From: a virus
Lineage: Duplodnaviria; Caudoviricetes
DNA: 52,740 nucleotides
Reading direction: 5' to 3' (one strand)
Virus record (IMG/VR): IMGVR_UViG_3300042945_000786
Span: 1 to 52,740 of that record
Within the stretch, counting starts at the first letter, position 1. Each line of letters opens with the position of its first letter. Positions 1-7,687 of this stretch are shown here, in pieces. A program made the translations under genes and the position numbers. The notes below the pieces were generated by a model, which was given only the letters and a program-made list of their open reading frames with translations, did not search any database and was not told the DNA's origin.

Positions 1-97
1 TCATCTTCTCCAGAAGCTCCAAGTCCCTCAGTAGTGCCTCCCTCTCGGAGACAGGCACAGATGACAGACGCTTCAGGATGTCTTCCAGTTTCACCAT
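1..97 (-). CDS. 5' fragment of probable terminase large subunit (runs off window)
   Basis: ATG at 97 with GAGG upstream; reads MVKLEDILKRLSSVPVSEREALLRDLELLEKM; downstream of terS on the same strand; no catalytic motif within the window. Confidence 0.45.
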   Translation of the reverse strand, partial: MVKLEDILKRLSSVPVSEREALLRDLELLEKM

Positions 98-230
98 GGA
101 ACCTCAGAGAAGGTAAGGGTGGATACAAGCGGGGGAGCGACCAGTATCCACCCCGAGATCACAAAGACCTCTGTGATCCAACATAGCTTCTGTGTGCCTG
201 TGAGTCCAGTGCGTTCGAGAAGCGAACGCT

Positions 231-481
231 CTCTATAGTATATATAGTATATATATATATATAATATAGTATGTAGTATATATATTATATATATATACTA
301 TATAGTATGTAGTATATATAGTATGTATTATATGTATTATGTATTATATGTAGTATATACTACTTCTATTAACAAAAAATAAATATACTACAATTACTAC
401 ATATATACCAATTATATATATATATAATATACCTATATAGTATCTACTATATAGTAGTAGTAGTATATATATACTATAGAG
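231..481. repeat. AT-rich low-complexity block bounded by 16-bp perfect inverted repeats
   Basis: CTCTATAGTATATATA (231-246) and TATATATACTATAGAG (466-481); internal 21-bp direct repeat at 264-284 and 300-320; almost pure A/T in a GC-rich genome. Confidence 0.9.
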
Positions 482-604
482 GGATGTCAAGTAGCAGGCA
501 CTTCAGACAGGGGGTGTGGAACATGGTGATCAATGGTGTGGAATATGAGGATCAAGTGTGCGGAACATCATGTACACGCGAGCACGGGCACCCGGCCCGA
601 ACCC

Positions 605-625
605 GGGGGGTGGGGGTGGGTGGGG
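605..625 (+). other. Potential G-quadruplex motif G6-T-G5-T-G3-T-G4
   Basis: Four G-tracts of at least 3 G separated by single T. Confidence 0.6.
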
Positions 626-868
626 TCAGCGCGTTCCGCTTCCGTCGTCGACCGGGGCACCCCGACCGCCCAGCAGCCAGAGGCGCTGAGAGCCACGGCA
701 GAGGCCCGACCTGATCGGCAGCACCCTCGACACCCGGAGACCAGACCCTGCCGTCTAGCAGGCCTCCCAGAGCCTCCCAGAGGCATCCCAGATGAGAGAG
801 GGGGGACGCCCTGCGAAGAGCGCCCCCCCATCCCCTTTTACGGGATTAGTGCAATTGCGCTTCTGCGG

Positions 869-1459
869 TCACACCGCGATGCCGAGACGACCCAGTCTCT
901 CGGCGATCCTGCGCTCCAGATCGGTGGACGACGAGGGCGTCTTGTCCTCGACCTCGACCCGCTCGATGAAGACGCCGCCAGCCTTGGCGAGGAGTTCAGC
1001 AGCGCGGATGCGGGCGCTGTCGCTGTCTGCCTTCTCTGCCAACTCTCGGAGAGTCTTCAGTGCCAGAGAGGCATCGGAAGAGGCCAGCATGCGCCTCTCC
1101 CTCTCCCTTTCAGCCGCTATCGCTTCGCACCTTGTCCTGATCTTGGGCTCCTGCATGAGCAGGCAGGCTCGATGGTGGATGGTCGCTGGTGCCATGTCGT
1201 CTGTGACGTAGGCCTCACGAAAGGCATCTGAGAAGCTGAGACCACGCATGACCCCTTGCACGAAGGCTTCCTGCTTCTGGGTAAGACCTGTGATCGGGTC
1301 TGCTGCGGATCGTGTCTTGGTCTTCCGCTTCTGGGGGCTTTCTGCCCCCTTGTCCTGTCCTGTGTCTTCCTCCCTCTTGTCTCTCTCTTGTCCTGTAGGC
1401 TGAGGCACCACCCGGAGGTATCGCTTCGCTCGGGGGGCGGTCGGGGGGAGATCAGTCAT
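869..1459 (-). CDS. terS: Terminase small subunit
   Basis: LTQKQEAFV..G..SDAFREAY...A..LMQEPKIR HTH and ARIRAAELLAK motif typical of TerS; ATG at 1459 with AGGTGA RBS. Confidence 0.75.
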   Translation of the reverse strand: MTDLPPTAPRAKRYLRVVPQPTGQERDKREEDTGQDKGAESPQKRKTKTRSAADPITGLTQKQEAFVQGVMRGLSFSDAFREAYVTDDMAPATIHHRACLLMQEPKIRTRCEAIAAERERERRMLASSDASLALKTLRELAEKADSDSARIRAAELLAKAGGVFIERVEVEDKTPSSSTDLERRIAERLGRLGIAV

Positions 1460-1630
1460 CTGGATCACCTGAGGATGCGGGCGCTCGGCCCGGTTGCGGA
1501 TGGCGCACATCCTACCACAGGCAGGCCCCAGCACACCAGCACCGCAAGGGCGCGGCACCCGTCCTGTCAGTAGCCTGTCAGCAGAGGTGCGACATTTTGT
1601 CAAAAACACCATCATGTCCGAAAATGGTGC

Positions 1631-1659
1631 TTGATGTCCTCGGATGATTGATCTATCTA
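1631..1659 (+). promoter_or_regulatory. Candidate sigma70-type early promoter
   Basis: TTGATG-N17-TATCTA upstream of the early gene cluster. Confidence 0.4.
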
Positions 1660-1848
1660 CGTCCTCACCGGACGGCACGACGCGGCGACGACGCCCCCTC
1701 GGCCCCAGCCGGAAGCAGACGCCCCCGAGGGGGACAGCGCGAACGTCCAGTGCCTAGCACGGATACCCACCCGTTGAGGACGACTTAGACACGGGGGGTC
1801 TGGCGAAGGCGGTCTCTGGCGGCAGGGAAGAGAAAAGCCCCTGCACCA

Positions 1849-1898
1849 TGCTGAAACGAGAAGCGCAGCCTCGCGGGGCTGCGTCACTGGGTTCAGCA
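1849..1898 (+). repeat. Conserved intergenic hairpin, copy 1
   Basis: TGCTGAA/TTCAGCA lower stem, internal loop, CGCAGCC/GGCTGCG upper stem; GAGGAG RBS follows. Confidence 0.8.
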
Positions 1899-1912
1899 GA
1901 GGAGAAACAGAC

Positions 1913-2173
1913 ATGCACAAGACCCTCATCGTCCGCGAAAACAAAGCCGATATCGTCCTTCGCATCTGCGTCAAGACCAGCAATGGCGCGTCCACCCGCG
2001 AGATCGCCCGCTTCACCAAGTGCGGCATGGGCTATGTCGCCCTCGGCGCTGCTGGCCGCGCCATCACCAGCGGCGTCGGCTCGGTCGATGCGATCAAGTT
2101 CAACGGGCGCGGCTGCACCTACGACATGCTGGTGCATCTGGGCGTGATCGAGCCGCAGCAGGCCGCTGCGTGA
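1913..2173 (+). CDS. Early hypothetical protein (86 aa, ends QAAA)
   Basis: GAGGAG RBS, GC3-rich codons. Confidence 0.8.
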   Translation: MHKTLIVRENKADIVLRICVKTSNGASTREIARFTKCGMGYVALGAAGRAITSGVGSVDAIKFNGRGCTYDMLVHLGVIEPQQAAA

Positions 2174-2216
2174 CATTCCGGTGCGCAGCCCTGCGGGGCT
2201 GCATCACTGGATTTCA
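2171..2216 (+). repeat. Conserved intergenic hairpin, copy 2
   Basis: TCCGGTG/CACTGGA plus GCAGCCC-TGCG-GGGCTGC. Confidence 0.85.
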
Positions 2217-2232
2217 GCTAGGAGAGACAGAC

Positions 2233-2418
2233 ATGCGCCTTCCCATAATCGACCCGACCCGCACCTACAGCATCGGCTCTGATCTGATCTGGACGGATGA
2301 CGGAGACCTGATGGTCTGGGTGATTGTCGAGGATTGCCCGGTCAATGGCATCTACCTCGTCAGCTACCATCAGACCCGCGAAGAGGCCGTCGAGGCCCTC
2401 AACGCAATGTTCGCCTGA
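2233..2418 (+). CDS. Early hypothetical protein (61 aa)
   Basis: AGGAGAGACAGACATG start context. Confidence 0.75.
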   Translation: MRLPIIDPTRTYSIGSDLIWTDDGDLMVWVIVEDCPVNGIYLVSYHQTREEAVEALNAMFA

Positions 2419-2430
2419 GGAGAGACACAG

Positions 2431-2583
2431 ATGACCAAAGAACTCGCAGATCAACTCGCCGCCGCAGGATACACTGAAGCGCAGATTGCCAAAGAGGCAA
2501 ACTATCTCGCCCGTGTTGCCCTTGAGAATGACCGCATCCGCGATGATCGCGCTTGGGGTTACGGGTTCCACCGCGCAGCCTGA
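2431..2583 (+). CDS. Early hypothetical protein (50 aa, ends HRAA; not in ORF track)
   Basis: GAGGAG RBS; MTKELADQLAAAGYTEAQIAKE...GFHRAA. Confidence 0.75.
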   Translation: MTKELADQLAAAGYTEAQIAKEANYLARVALENDRIRDDRAWGYGFHRAA

Positions 2584-2595
2584 GGAGAGACAGAC

Positions 2596-2856
2596 ATGCA
2601 CCGCATCTATCGCTTCGTCGCCATCCACTGCCCCGTCCACGACGGCGTGATCGGCACCCGCGCAGAACCGCTGCCCATGACCTACCGCAGCGCTGCGCTG
2701 GCCAAGAAGCTGGCCCTGCGCCTCGAAATCCAAGAAGGCCTCTACCTGAGCGACGAGGTCTGGTTCGAAGCCCACACTGACGGCCAGCCATACGAGCGCA
2801 GCAAGCCCGCCATCTGGGAAGCCCCGGACTACGGCACCGACGAAATCCCCTTCTGA
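2596..2856 (+). CDS. Early hypothetical protein with SSB-like C-terminal tail DEIPF
   Basis: Strong RBS; ends APDYGTDEIPF. Confidence 0.8.
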   Translation: MHRIYRFVAIHCPVHDGVIGTRAEPLPMTYRSAALAKKLALRLEIQEGLYLSDEVWFEAHTDGQPYERSKPAIWEAPDYGTDEIPF

Positions 2857-2900
2857 CCTTCCGGTGTGCAGCCCTGCGGGGCTGCCATCCCGAATGCCAG
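2853..2900 (+). repeat. Conserved intergenic hairpin, copy 3
   Basis: GCAGCCC-TGCG-GGGCTGC core, imperfect lower stem, AGGAG follows. Confidence 0.85.
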
Positions 2901-2915
2901 CAAGGAGAGACAGAC

Positions 2916-3000
2916 ATGATCACGGCAGAACAGATCACCGAGGCACACCGCAGCGCAGGCATCGACCCGCGCCGTCATCGCCAAACGCAAAGCAGCCTGA
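2916..3000 (+). pseudogene. Small early gene with an apparent internal indel
   Basis: Starts MITAEQITEAH after a strong RBS; the natural-looking end AVIAKRKAA-stop plus RBS junction (TGA 2998-3000) is in another frame. Confidence 0.45.
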
Positions 3001-3011
3001 GGAGAGACGAC

Positions 3012-3212
3012 ATGATCACCAAGGCACAAGCAAGAAGCCTCGCCATCCGCTACCACGCCTACATGGAAGCCCGTCTGGCCGACGACTACATGGGCGTCCT
3101 CGTCTGGGGGCCGATGCTCGAAGAAATCCAGAAACAGGTCGATTACGAGATGGTCAAGAACATCCCCGAGGCGGTGCAGTTCGCCCGCCTTCAAGTGAAG
3201 CAAGCAGCCTGA
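3012..3212 (+). CDS. Early hypothetical protein (66 aa, ends KQAA)
   Basis: GAGGAGAGACGACATG start. Confidence 0.8.
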   Translation: MITKAQARSLAIRYHAYMEARLADDYMGVLVWGPMLEEIQKQVDYEMVKNIPEAVQFARLQVKQAA

Positions 3213-3223
3213 GGAGATACGAC

Positions 3224-3394
3224 ATGTCCGCGATGATGATCCTTGAGAACGCCGCCCGCTGCCTGCGGGCAACCTATCCCGGCGCTGCTGATCGCTGCGC
3301 TGGCCTCATCGAAGCCTACGCCATCAAGGCCGGTGTGTCGCTGGCCGAGGCAGAGCGTCGGGTGATCCTGCTCGACCGCGCCATCCACGCCTGA
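3224..3394 (+). CDS. Early hypothetical protein (56 aa)
   Basis: GAGGAGATACGACATG start. Confidence 0.75.
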   Translation: MSAMMILENAARCLRATYPGAADRCAGLIEAYAIKAGVSLAEAERRVILLDRAIHA

Positions 3395-3395
3395 A

Positions 3396-3443
3396 CTGAT
3401 CCTCTGGTGACCAGCCCTGCGGGGCTGGCATCCAGACGACCAG
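3396..3443 (+). repeat. Conserved intergenic hairpin, copy 4
   Basis: TCTGG/CCAGA and CCAGCCC-TGCG-GGGCTGG (compensatory G-C to C-G change). Confidence 0.85.
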
Positions 3444-3459
3444 CACGAGGAGAGACGAC

Positions 3460-3591
3460 ATGCAACGCACCGCACCTAAGCCGCGCGACCCCTTCGTGCG
3501 GCACATCATCACCCGCAAGCAGGGTGCCCACGGCAAGAGCCGCAAGGCCCAACGCCGCGCCGACAAGGTCAGCCTGAGGGCGGAACGATGA
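3460..3591 (+). CDS. Small Arg/Lys-rich protein (43 aa; not in ORF track)
   Basis: GAGGAG RBS; MQRTAPKPRDPFVRHIITRKQGAHGKSRKAQRRADKVSLRAER. Confidence 0.75.
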   Translation: MQRTAPKPRDPFVRHIITRKQGAHGKSRKAQRRADKVSLRAER

Positions 3592-3686
3592 TCCGCCACC
3601 TGCTCGCCGCCATCATCGCCATCGCCTCGATCTACATGATCGGCGCGATCACCGCCGCCGCCTACGCCTACCTCTTCATCCTCTGA
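3588..3686 (+). CDS. Small single-TM membrane peptide (32 aa)
   Basis: ATGA overlap with upstream gene; MIRHLLAAIIAIASIYMIGAITAAAYAYLFIL. Confidence 0.6.
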   Translation: MIRHLLAAIIAIASIYMIGAITAAAYAYLFIL

Positions 3687-3729
3687 ACCCCAAAAAGTGC
3701 AAACGCACTTTCCAAACAGGAGAACGACC

Positions 3730-4371
3730 ATGACCTATGCTGCCAATGCCACGACCTATGCCACGATCCACGCCGCCGAGAAGGTCATCAACGACCTGAA
3801 GGGCGAGGCCAAGGAGATCACCAAGGCCCGCAACGACCGCAAGATCGACGCCTACGCCGCCCTGATCTCCGAGATCGCAGGGGTCAAGCTGGTGAAGGGC
3901 AACCTTCCCCGAGCGGTCGGCAATCAGGTCCGCAAGGCCCTGCTCGAAGATGCCGGGCTGAAGGACGGCACCGCCAAACGCTACCTCGAAAACTCGGTTG
4001 GCGCTCTGCGCGAACTGGACATCCCGACGCAGGCAACCCCCAACCTCGTGCGCGATATCCTGCTCTCCGAGAACATCGACAGCGAGAACAAGCTGGCAAA
4101 GCGCGTGTCGGGAGAGAGCGAGAAAGACCCCATGCGCGAACTGGCCGAGACCCTGATCGGCAAGTTCACCAACCGCAAGGACGACGAGGGCAAGAAGGTT
4201 AAGGGCGTGTTCAAGCCCAGCAAGTTCGAAGAAAGCGATTGGGATCGCTTCGACGACATCGTCCGCGAATTGCGCGCCGCCCGCATCAAGGGCAGCGAGG
4301 CAGCAGCCGACACGGCGGAAGAGGTCGAGCGCCAGAACAACCTCGCCAATGCCGTGTTCGGCCAGATGTGA
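3730..4371 (+). CDS. Hypothetical protein, helical and charged
   Basis: AGGAG RBS, strong codon bias. Confidence 0.85.
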   Translation: MTYAANATTYATIHAAEKVINDLKGEAKEITKARNDRKIDAYAALISEIAGVKLVKGNLPRAVGNQVRKALLEDAGLKDGTAKRYLENSVGALRELDIPTQATPNLVRDILLSENIDSENKLAKRVSGESEKDPMRELAETLIGKFTNRKDDEGKKVKGVFKPSKFEESDWDRFDDIVRELRAARIKGSEAAADTAEEVERQNNLANAVFGQM

Positions 4372-4414
4372 GCATCGAAGGGCACCCCTGAGGGGGTGCC
4401 TCACCATGCCCACA
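4367..4414 (+). repeat. Conserved intergenic hairpin, copy 5 (diverged)
   Basis: TGTG-GCAT/ATGC-CACA lower stem, GGCACCCC-TGAG-GGGGTGCC upper stem, GAGGAG follows. Confidence 0.75.
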
Positions 4415-4428
4415 AGAGGAGAGACGCC

Positions 4429-4701
4429 ATGAACATCATCGAAGACGACATGGACTACGAGGAAATCCTCATCACCCTCGAAGAGATGCGGGATTGGAAC
4501 ACCTTTGCCGACAGCCTGCTCGATCAGTATGCACTGCGGGGGGAACTGACCCACAGGCAGTGGGACGCAGCCGCGCGCATGATCATCAAGTGCCGCACAG
4601 GTGAGGCCAAGCGCGAGAAGAACCGCCGCCCGGTCGATGTGTCAGGCACTGATGGGCCAGATCGGCGAGCCTGCTGCCATCGATTTCATGGGCTACCTTG
4701 A
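4429..4701 (+). CDS. Hypothetical protein, probably 3'-truncated near 4645
   Basis: Strong RBS; protein-like up to VDVSG, then an atypical tail overlapping the AAA remnant. Confidence 0.6.
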   Translation: MNIIEDDMDYEEILITLEEMRDWNTFADSLLDQYALRGELTHRQWDAAARMIIKCRTGEAKREKNRRPVDVSGTDGPDRRACCHRFHGLP

Positions 4702-4981
4702 GAACGCCAAGGAATGCCCAGACCCTGACATGGTCATCGCAGACCCGGACAAAGCGCCCATCCCGACCAGTTCCGCGATCCGGTATGCCCTGTGTGCTTC
4801 CCTCTCGAACCGAGCGACAGACAGGAACGTCTCGAAGATCATCGCCTACCTCAAGCGACTGCCCAACCGCGAACTGGCAGCGTTCACGATCAAGGACGCA
4901 TGGTCCCGTGATCCCAGCCTCAAGAAGAATGCAGCCGTCCGCGAGTGGGCGCTGCACGATGGTTCAAAACTCGTACTCTGA
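4643..4981 (+). pseudogene. C-terminal remnant of a MoxR-like AAA ATPase
   Basis: GQIGEPAAIDFMGYL..P.PD.VIADP..APIP...YAL resembles the lid/C-terminus of AAA ATPases that precede DUF2201-vWA genes; no Walker A/B and no RBS. Confidence 0.55.
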
Positions 4982-4988
4982 GGGCAAC

Positions 4989-6084
4989 ATGACACCAGAA
5001 CTCAAGGTCAGCCGGGCTATGACCCGGCTCGTCCTGCATCACCCCTTCTATGGTTCGCTCGCGATGGGCTCCGACGTTAGCCGCGACGACACCATGGGGA
5101 CAGCAGCAACGAATGGCGACTGGATCAAGTGGTCCGGTCCCTTCATCGACACCCTGACAGAGCCGAAGACCCTCGGCCTCATCGCGCACGAGGTTCTGCA
5201 CATCGCCCTGCGACATCATCTCCGCAAGGGCAACCGCAACCACGACAAGTGGAACATCGCCTGCGATGCGGCGATCAACAACATCCTGAAGGCGGATGGT
5301 TTCGAATTGCCGGATGGCGGCATCGATATGCCGCTGTTCGCGGAATACTCGGCAGAGAAAATCTACGATCTCCTGCCGGACGACATAGCCCCCCCCAGCA
5401 TGGGGCTTGGTGTTCGAGCCTGAGATGTCCGAAGAGGAGAAGAAGCAAGAGGAAATCAAGGTCCAGCAGCGCGTGATCATGGCGTCGGCAATAGCCAAGG
5501 GTCGCGGCAAGCTGCCGGGGTGGGCGTATGAAATGATCCGCGAGATGCAAGACCCCGAGATAAACTTCGAGGATGCGATCCGTCGCCACCTCACAGGCGA
5601 CCAGCCAGACGACTACAGTATGCGTCGACCCAACCGGAAGATGTATCACCTCAGCCGGATCATCGCCCCCACCTCAGACCGCAAGGGTGTCGGGCACATC
5701 GTCATCCACAACGACACCAGCGGCTCGGTGAGCGACAAGGCACTGACCTACTTTCTCGGTGCCATGAACGCACTGGCAGAGGAACTGCGCCCCGCCAGCA
5801 TCACAGTCATCGCCTGCGACTACTCGATCCAGTCGGTCACCCGATACGAAGAGGGCGAACCGATCACCATGCTCAACGCCAAGGGCCGGGGCGGCACCCT
5901 CGTCAGGCCGGTGTTTGACTACATCGAAGACAATCAGATCGAGGTCGATCACTTCATCAGCTTCACCGACCTTGAGATCAACGACTTCCCAAAAGATGCG
6001 CCCGACTACCCCGTCCTCTGGGTGTCGTGCGGCCTGCGCCATGCGCCGTTCGGTCAGGTCATCAAGTTCAACATGAAAGGATAG
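4989..6084 (+). pseudogene. DUF2201-type metallopeptidase-vWA protein, frameshifted at a C8 tract
   Basis: PFYGSL, TAATNG, HEVLH, WNIACDAAIN in 4989-5423; DTSGS MIDAS, GRGGT, FTD in 5407-6084; deleting one C at 5389-5396 fuses them. Confidence 0.75.
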
Positions 6085-6087
6085 CGG

Positions 6088-6846
6088 ATGAGAAAGAAAA
6101 CCAGAGAGGAATTGGTCGCAACCTACAAGATGGTCAAGGTGCAATGTGCCTTGACCGCTCAGATGATGGGCATCATCAAGCAAATCTGCGGAAGATACTT
6201 GTCTCCAGATGAGGTGGAGGCAATTGCATATAACCGATACGACATACCGACCGAGTTGAAGGGGAGTTCAGCAAAGATAAGAAGCACAATGGGATCGCAT
6301 AGCATCGTGAACACAGTGCGATCCTCGATAGTCAGCATCAGAGACAGAAGAGACGACATGTGCTATGATGATGGCGGCATGTCTGGCGTCCAGATAGCGA
6401 TGAACAAGGTTGTGCCTGATATAGTCGAGACCATCAAGACCTTCGTCAAGACGGTCAGCATCAAGGTCACGTTCAACAGGCACGAGGAAGCCATCGTAGC
6501 CAAGACCCCTGTCGTCTATGTCTCTCCCAACTGGACCCGGTCTGTGAAGAAGGCTGGGCTTGAGTTCGCCAGCGATCCGAGGCGAAACTACGCCATCACC
6601 AAGGCGCGCCGCATCCAGTCGGCTGCGGTTGAGGACGTAAGGATGCAAGCCTTCGAGGTCGAGGCGCTCTACTACTACAAGAAGCAACTGCTGAGGACGA
6701 AAGGCTATGTCTTCGCCCAGACCTTCATGAAGGATGGCAGCGTTCACAACACATTCGAACCCTCGTTCGCAACGGCATTCGATACAGGGTTTCGCAGGGC
6801 GCAGGAGCGCCTGTTCAAAGTAATCGCAGCACAGATGGAGGGCTGA
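6088..6846 (+). CDS. Hypothetical protein (252 aa)
   Basis: Long ORF, operon spacing. Confidence 0.8.
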   Translation: MRKKTREELVATYKMVKVQCALTAQMMGIIKQICGRYLSPDEVEAIAYNRYDIPTELKGSSAKIRSTMGSHSIVNTVRSSIVSIRDRRDDMCYDDGGMSGVQIAMNKVVPDIVETIKTFVKTVSIKVTFNRHEEAIVAKTPVVYVSPNWTRSVKKAGLEFASDPRRNYAITKARRIQSAAVEDVRMQAFEVEALYYYKKQLLRTKGYVFAQTFMKDGSVHNTFEPSFATAFDTGFRRAQERLFKVIAAQMEG

Positions 6847-7038
6847 ATGGCAACGAAGAAGATGGTGGGCGTGAACAAATACATCGAGTGCGCCAACGCG
6901 GGGATGAGCAAGGCAGAGGCAGCGGCTGCTCTCGGCGTCAGCATTCAGGCAGTGTTCAACGCAGCAAAGAAGTTCGGCATCACATACCGGGATGGCCGAC
7001 TGAAGAAAGTGCAAGGGAACTTTTCTGATGCAGCGTGA
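6847..7038 (+). CDS. Small HTH protein
   Basis: GMSKAEAAAALGVSIQAV HTH pattern; ends DAA. Confidence 0.75.
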   Translation: MATKKMVGVNKYIECANAGMSKAEAAAALGVSIQAVFNAAKKFGITYRDGRLKKVQGNFSDAA

Positions 7039-7195
7039 TGAAGACGAGAACGCGATCATGCGGAGCAAGCTAGCCAAGCAACGGAGCGAACTGGCTAGGA
7101 TGACAGAACTGATCAAGCAGCTTTCCGAGGACAAGAGGAAGCTGGTTCTGGACTTGGAGCGACTGAGAAAGATGATCGGAGGGAGCAATGGCTAA
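7028..7195 (+). CDS. Small coiled-coil protein (55 aa; not in ORF track)
   Basis: MQRDEDENAIMRSKLAKQRSELARMTEL...; overlaps both neighbours. Confidence 0.6.
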   Translation: MQRDEDENAIMRSKLAKQRSELARMTELIKQLSEDKRKLVLDLERLRKMIGGSNG

Positions 7196-7379
7196 GTGGA
7201 CTGAACCGAATATCAAAGACCTGTTCGCTACGCTGAACCGCATCGAGCGGGTGGCTGAACTGATCGCCAATGACAAGACGGCAAGCACACACTGGAACGT
7301 GCAGCGTGCCAACGAGATCAAGACCCTCGCGCAGATCGCGGCGAGGATAGTGCAGGAGCCGATCAACAATGGAGAATAA
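7188..7379 (+). CDS. Hypothetical protein
   Basis: GGAGGGAG RBS. Confidence 0.7.
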   Translation: MAKWTEPNIKDLFATLNRIERVAELIANDKTASTHWNVQRANEIKTLAQIAARIVQEPINNGE

Positions 7380-7380
7380 G

Positions 7381-7548
7381 ATGACGTTCAAAGAAAAAGC
7401 AGCAATCGCAGCGATGAAAGAACTTCTTCGTCACTTCGATTTTGAAAAACCCGACGAAGACGCGGAGGCCGTGTCGTTCTGGGCGTGGTGGGTAGCTGAA
7501 CACCTCGACGCCAGACGGAAGGAGGCGAGTGAAGATGGCGACGCATGA
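7381..7548 (+). CDS. Hypothetical protein (55 aa; not in ORF track)
   Basis: GGAG RBS; MTFKEKAAIAAMKELL... Confidence 0.65.
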   Translation: MTFKEKAAIAAMKELLRHFDFEKPDEDAEAVSFWAWWVAEHLDARRKEASEDGDA

Positions 7549-7687
7549 GGAGCCGCTGCCCAAGTGGCTGGAGCAGGAGCTGCGGGCGCAGGCCCTAGCT
7601 CCGAGGCCCGTGGTACAATCACCGAAGCAACCGAAGCGAGAGCCGTCGAAGGCGGCCTATGGGAGGGGAGAAGATTGTCCTTACTGA
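7535..7687 (+). CDS. Hypothetical protein (50 aa, ends EDCPY)
   Basis: GGAGG upstream; MATHEEPLPKWLEQELRAQ... Confidence 0.55.
   Translation: MATHEEPLPKWLEQELRAQALAPRPVVQSPKQPKREPSKAAYGRGEDCPY

Noticed and set aside
484-1231. Plus-strand ORFs 484-714, 533-1231 and 792-1211
   Set aside because: Low-complexity translations, partly antisense to terS, no recognisable motifs.
1460-1678. Extended N-terminus of terS from the ORF track
   Set aside because: Not protein-like and overlaps the divergent promoter region; the ATG at 1459 has an RBS.
1849-4414. CRISPR array or integron attC array
   Set aside because: Repeats are separated by whole genes of variable length and are not identical; no cas genes or integron integrase; no attC RYYYAAC/GTTRRRY ends recognised.
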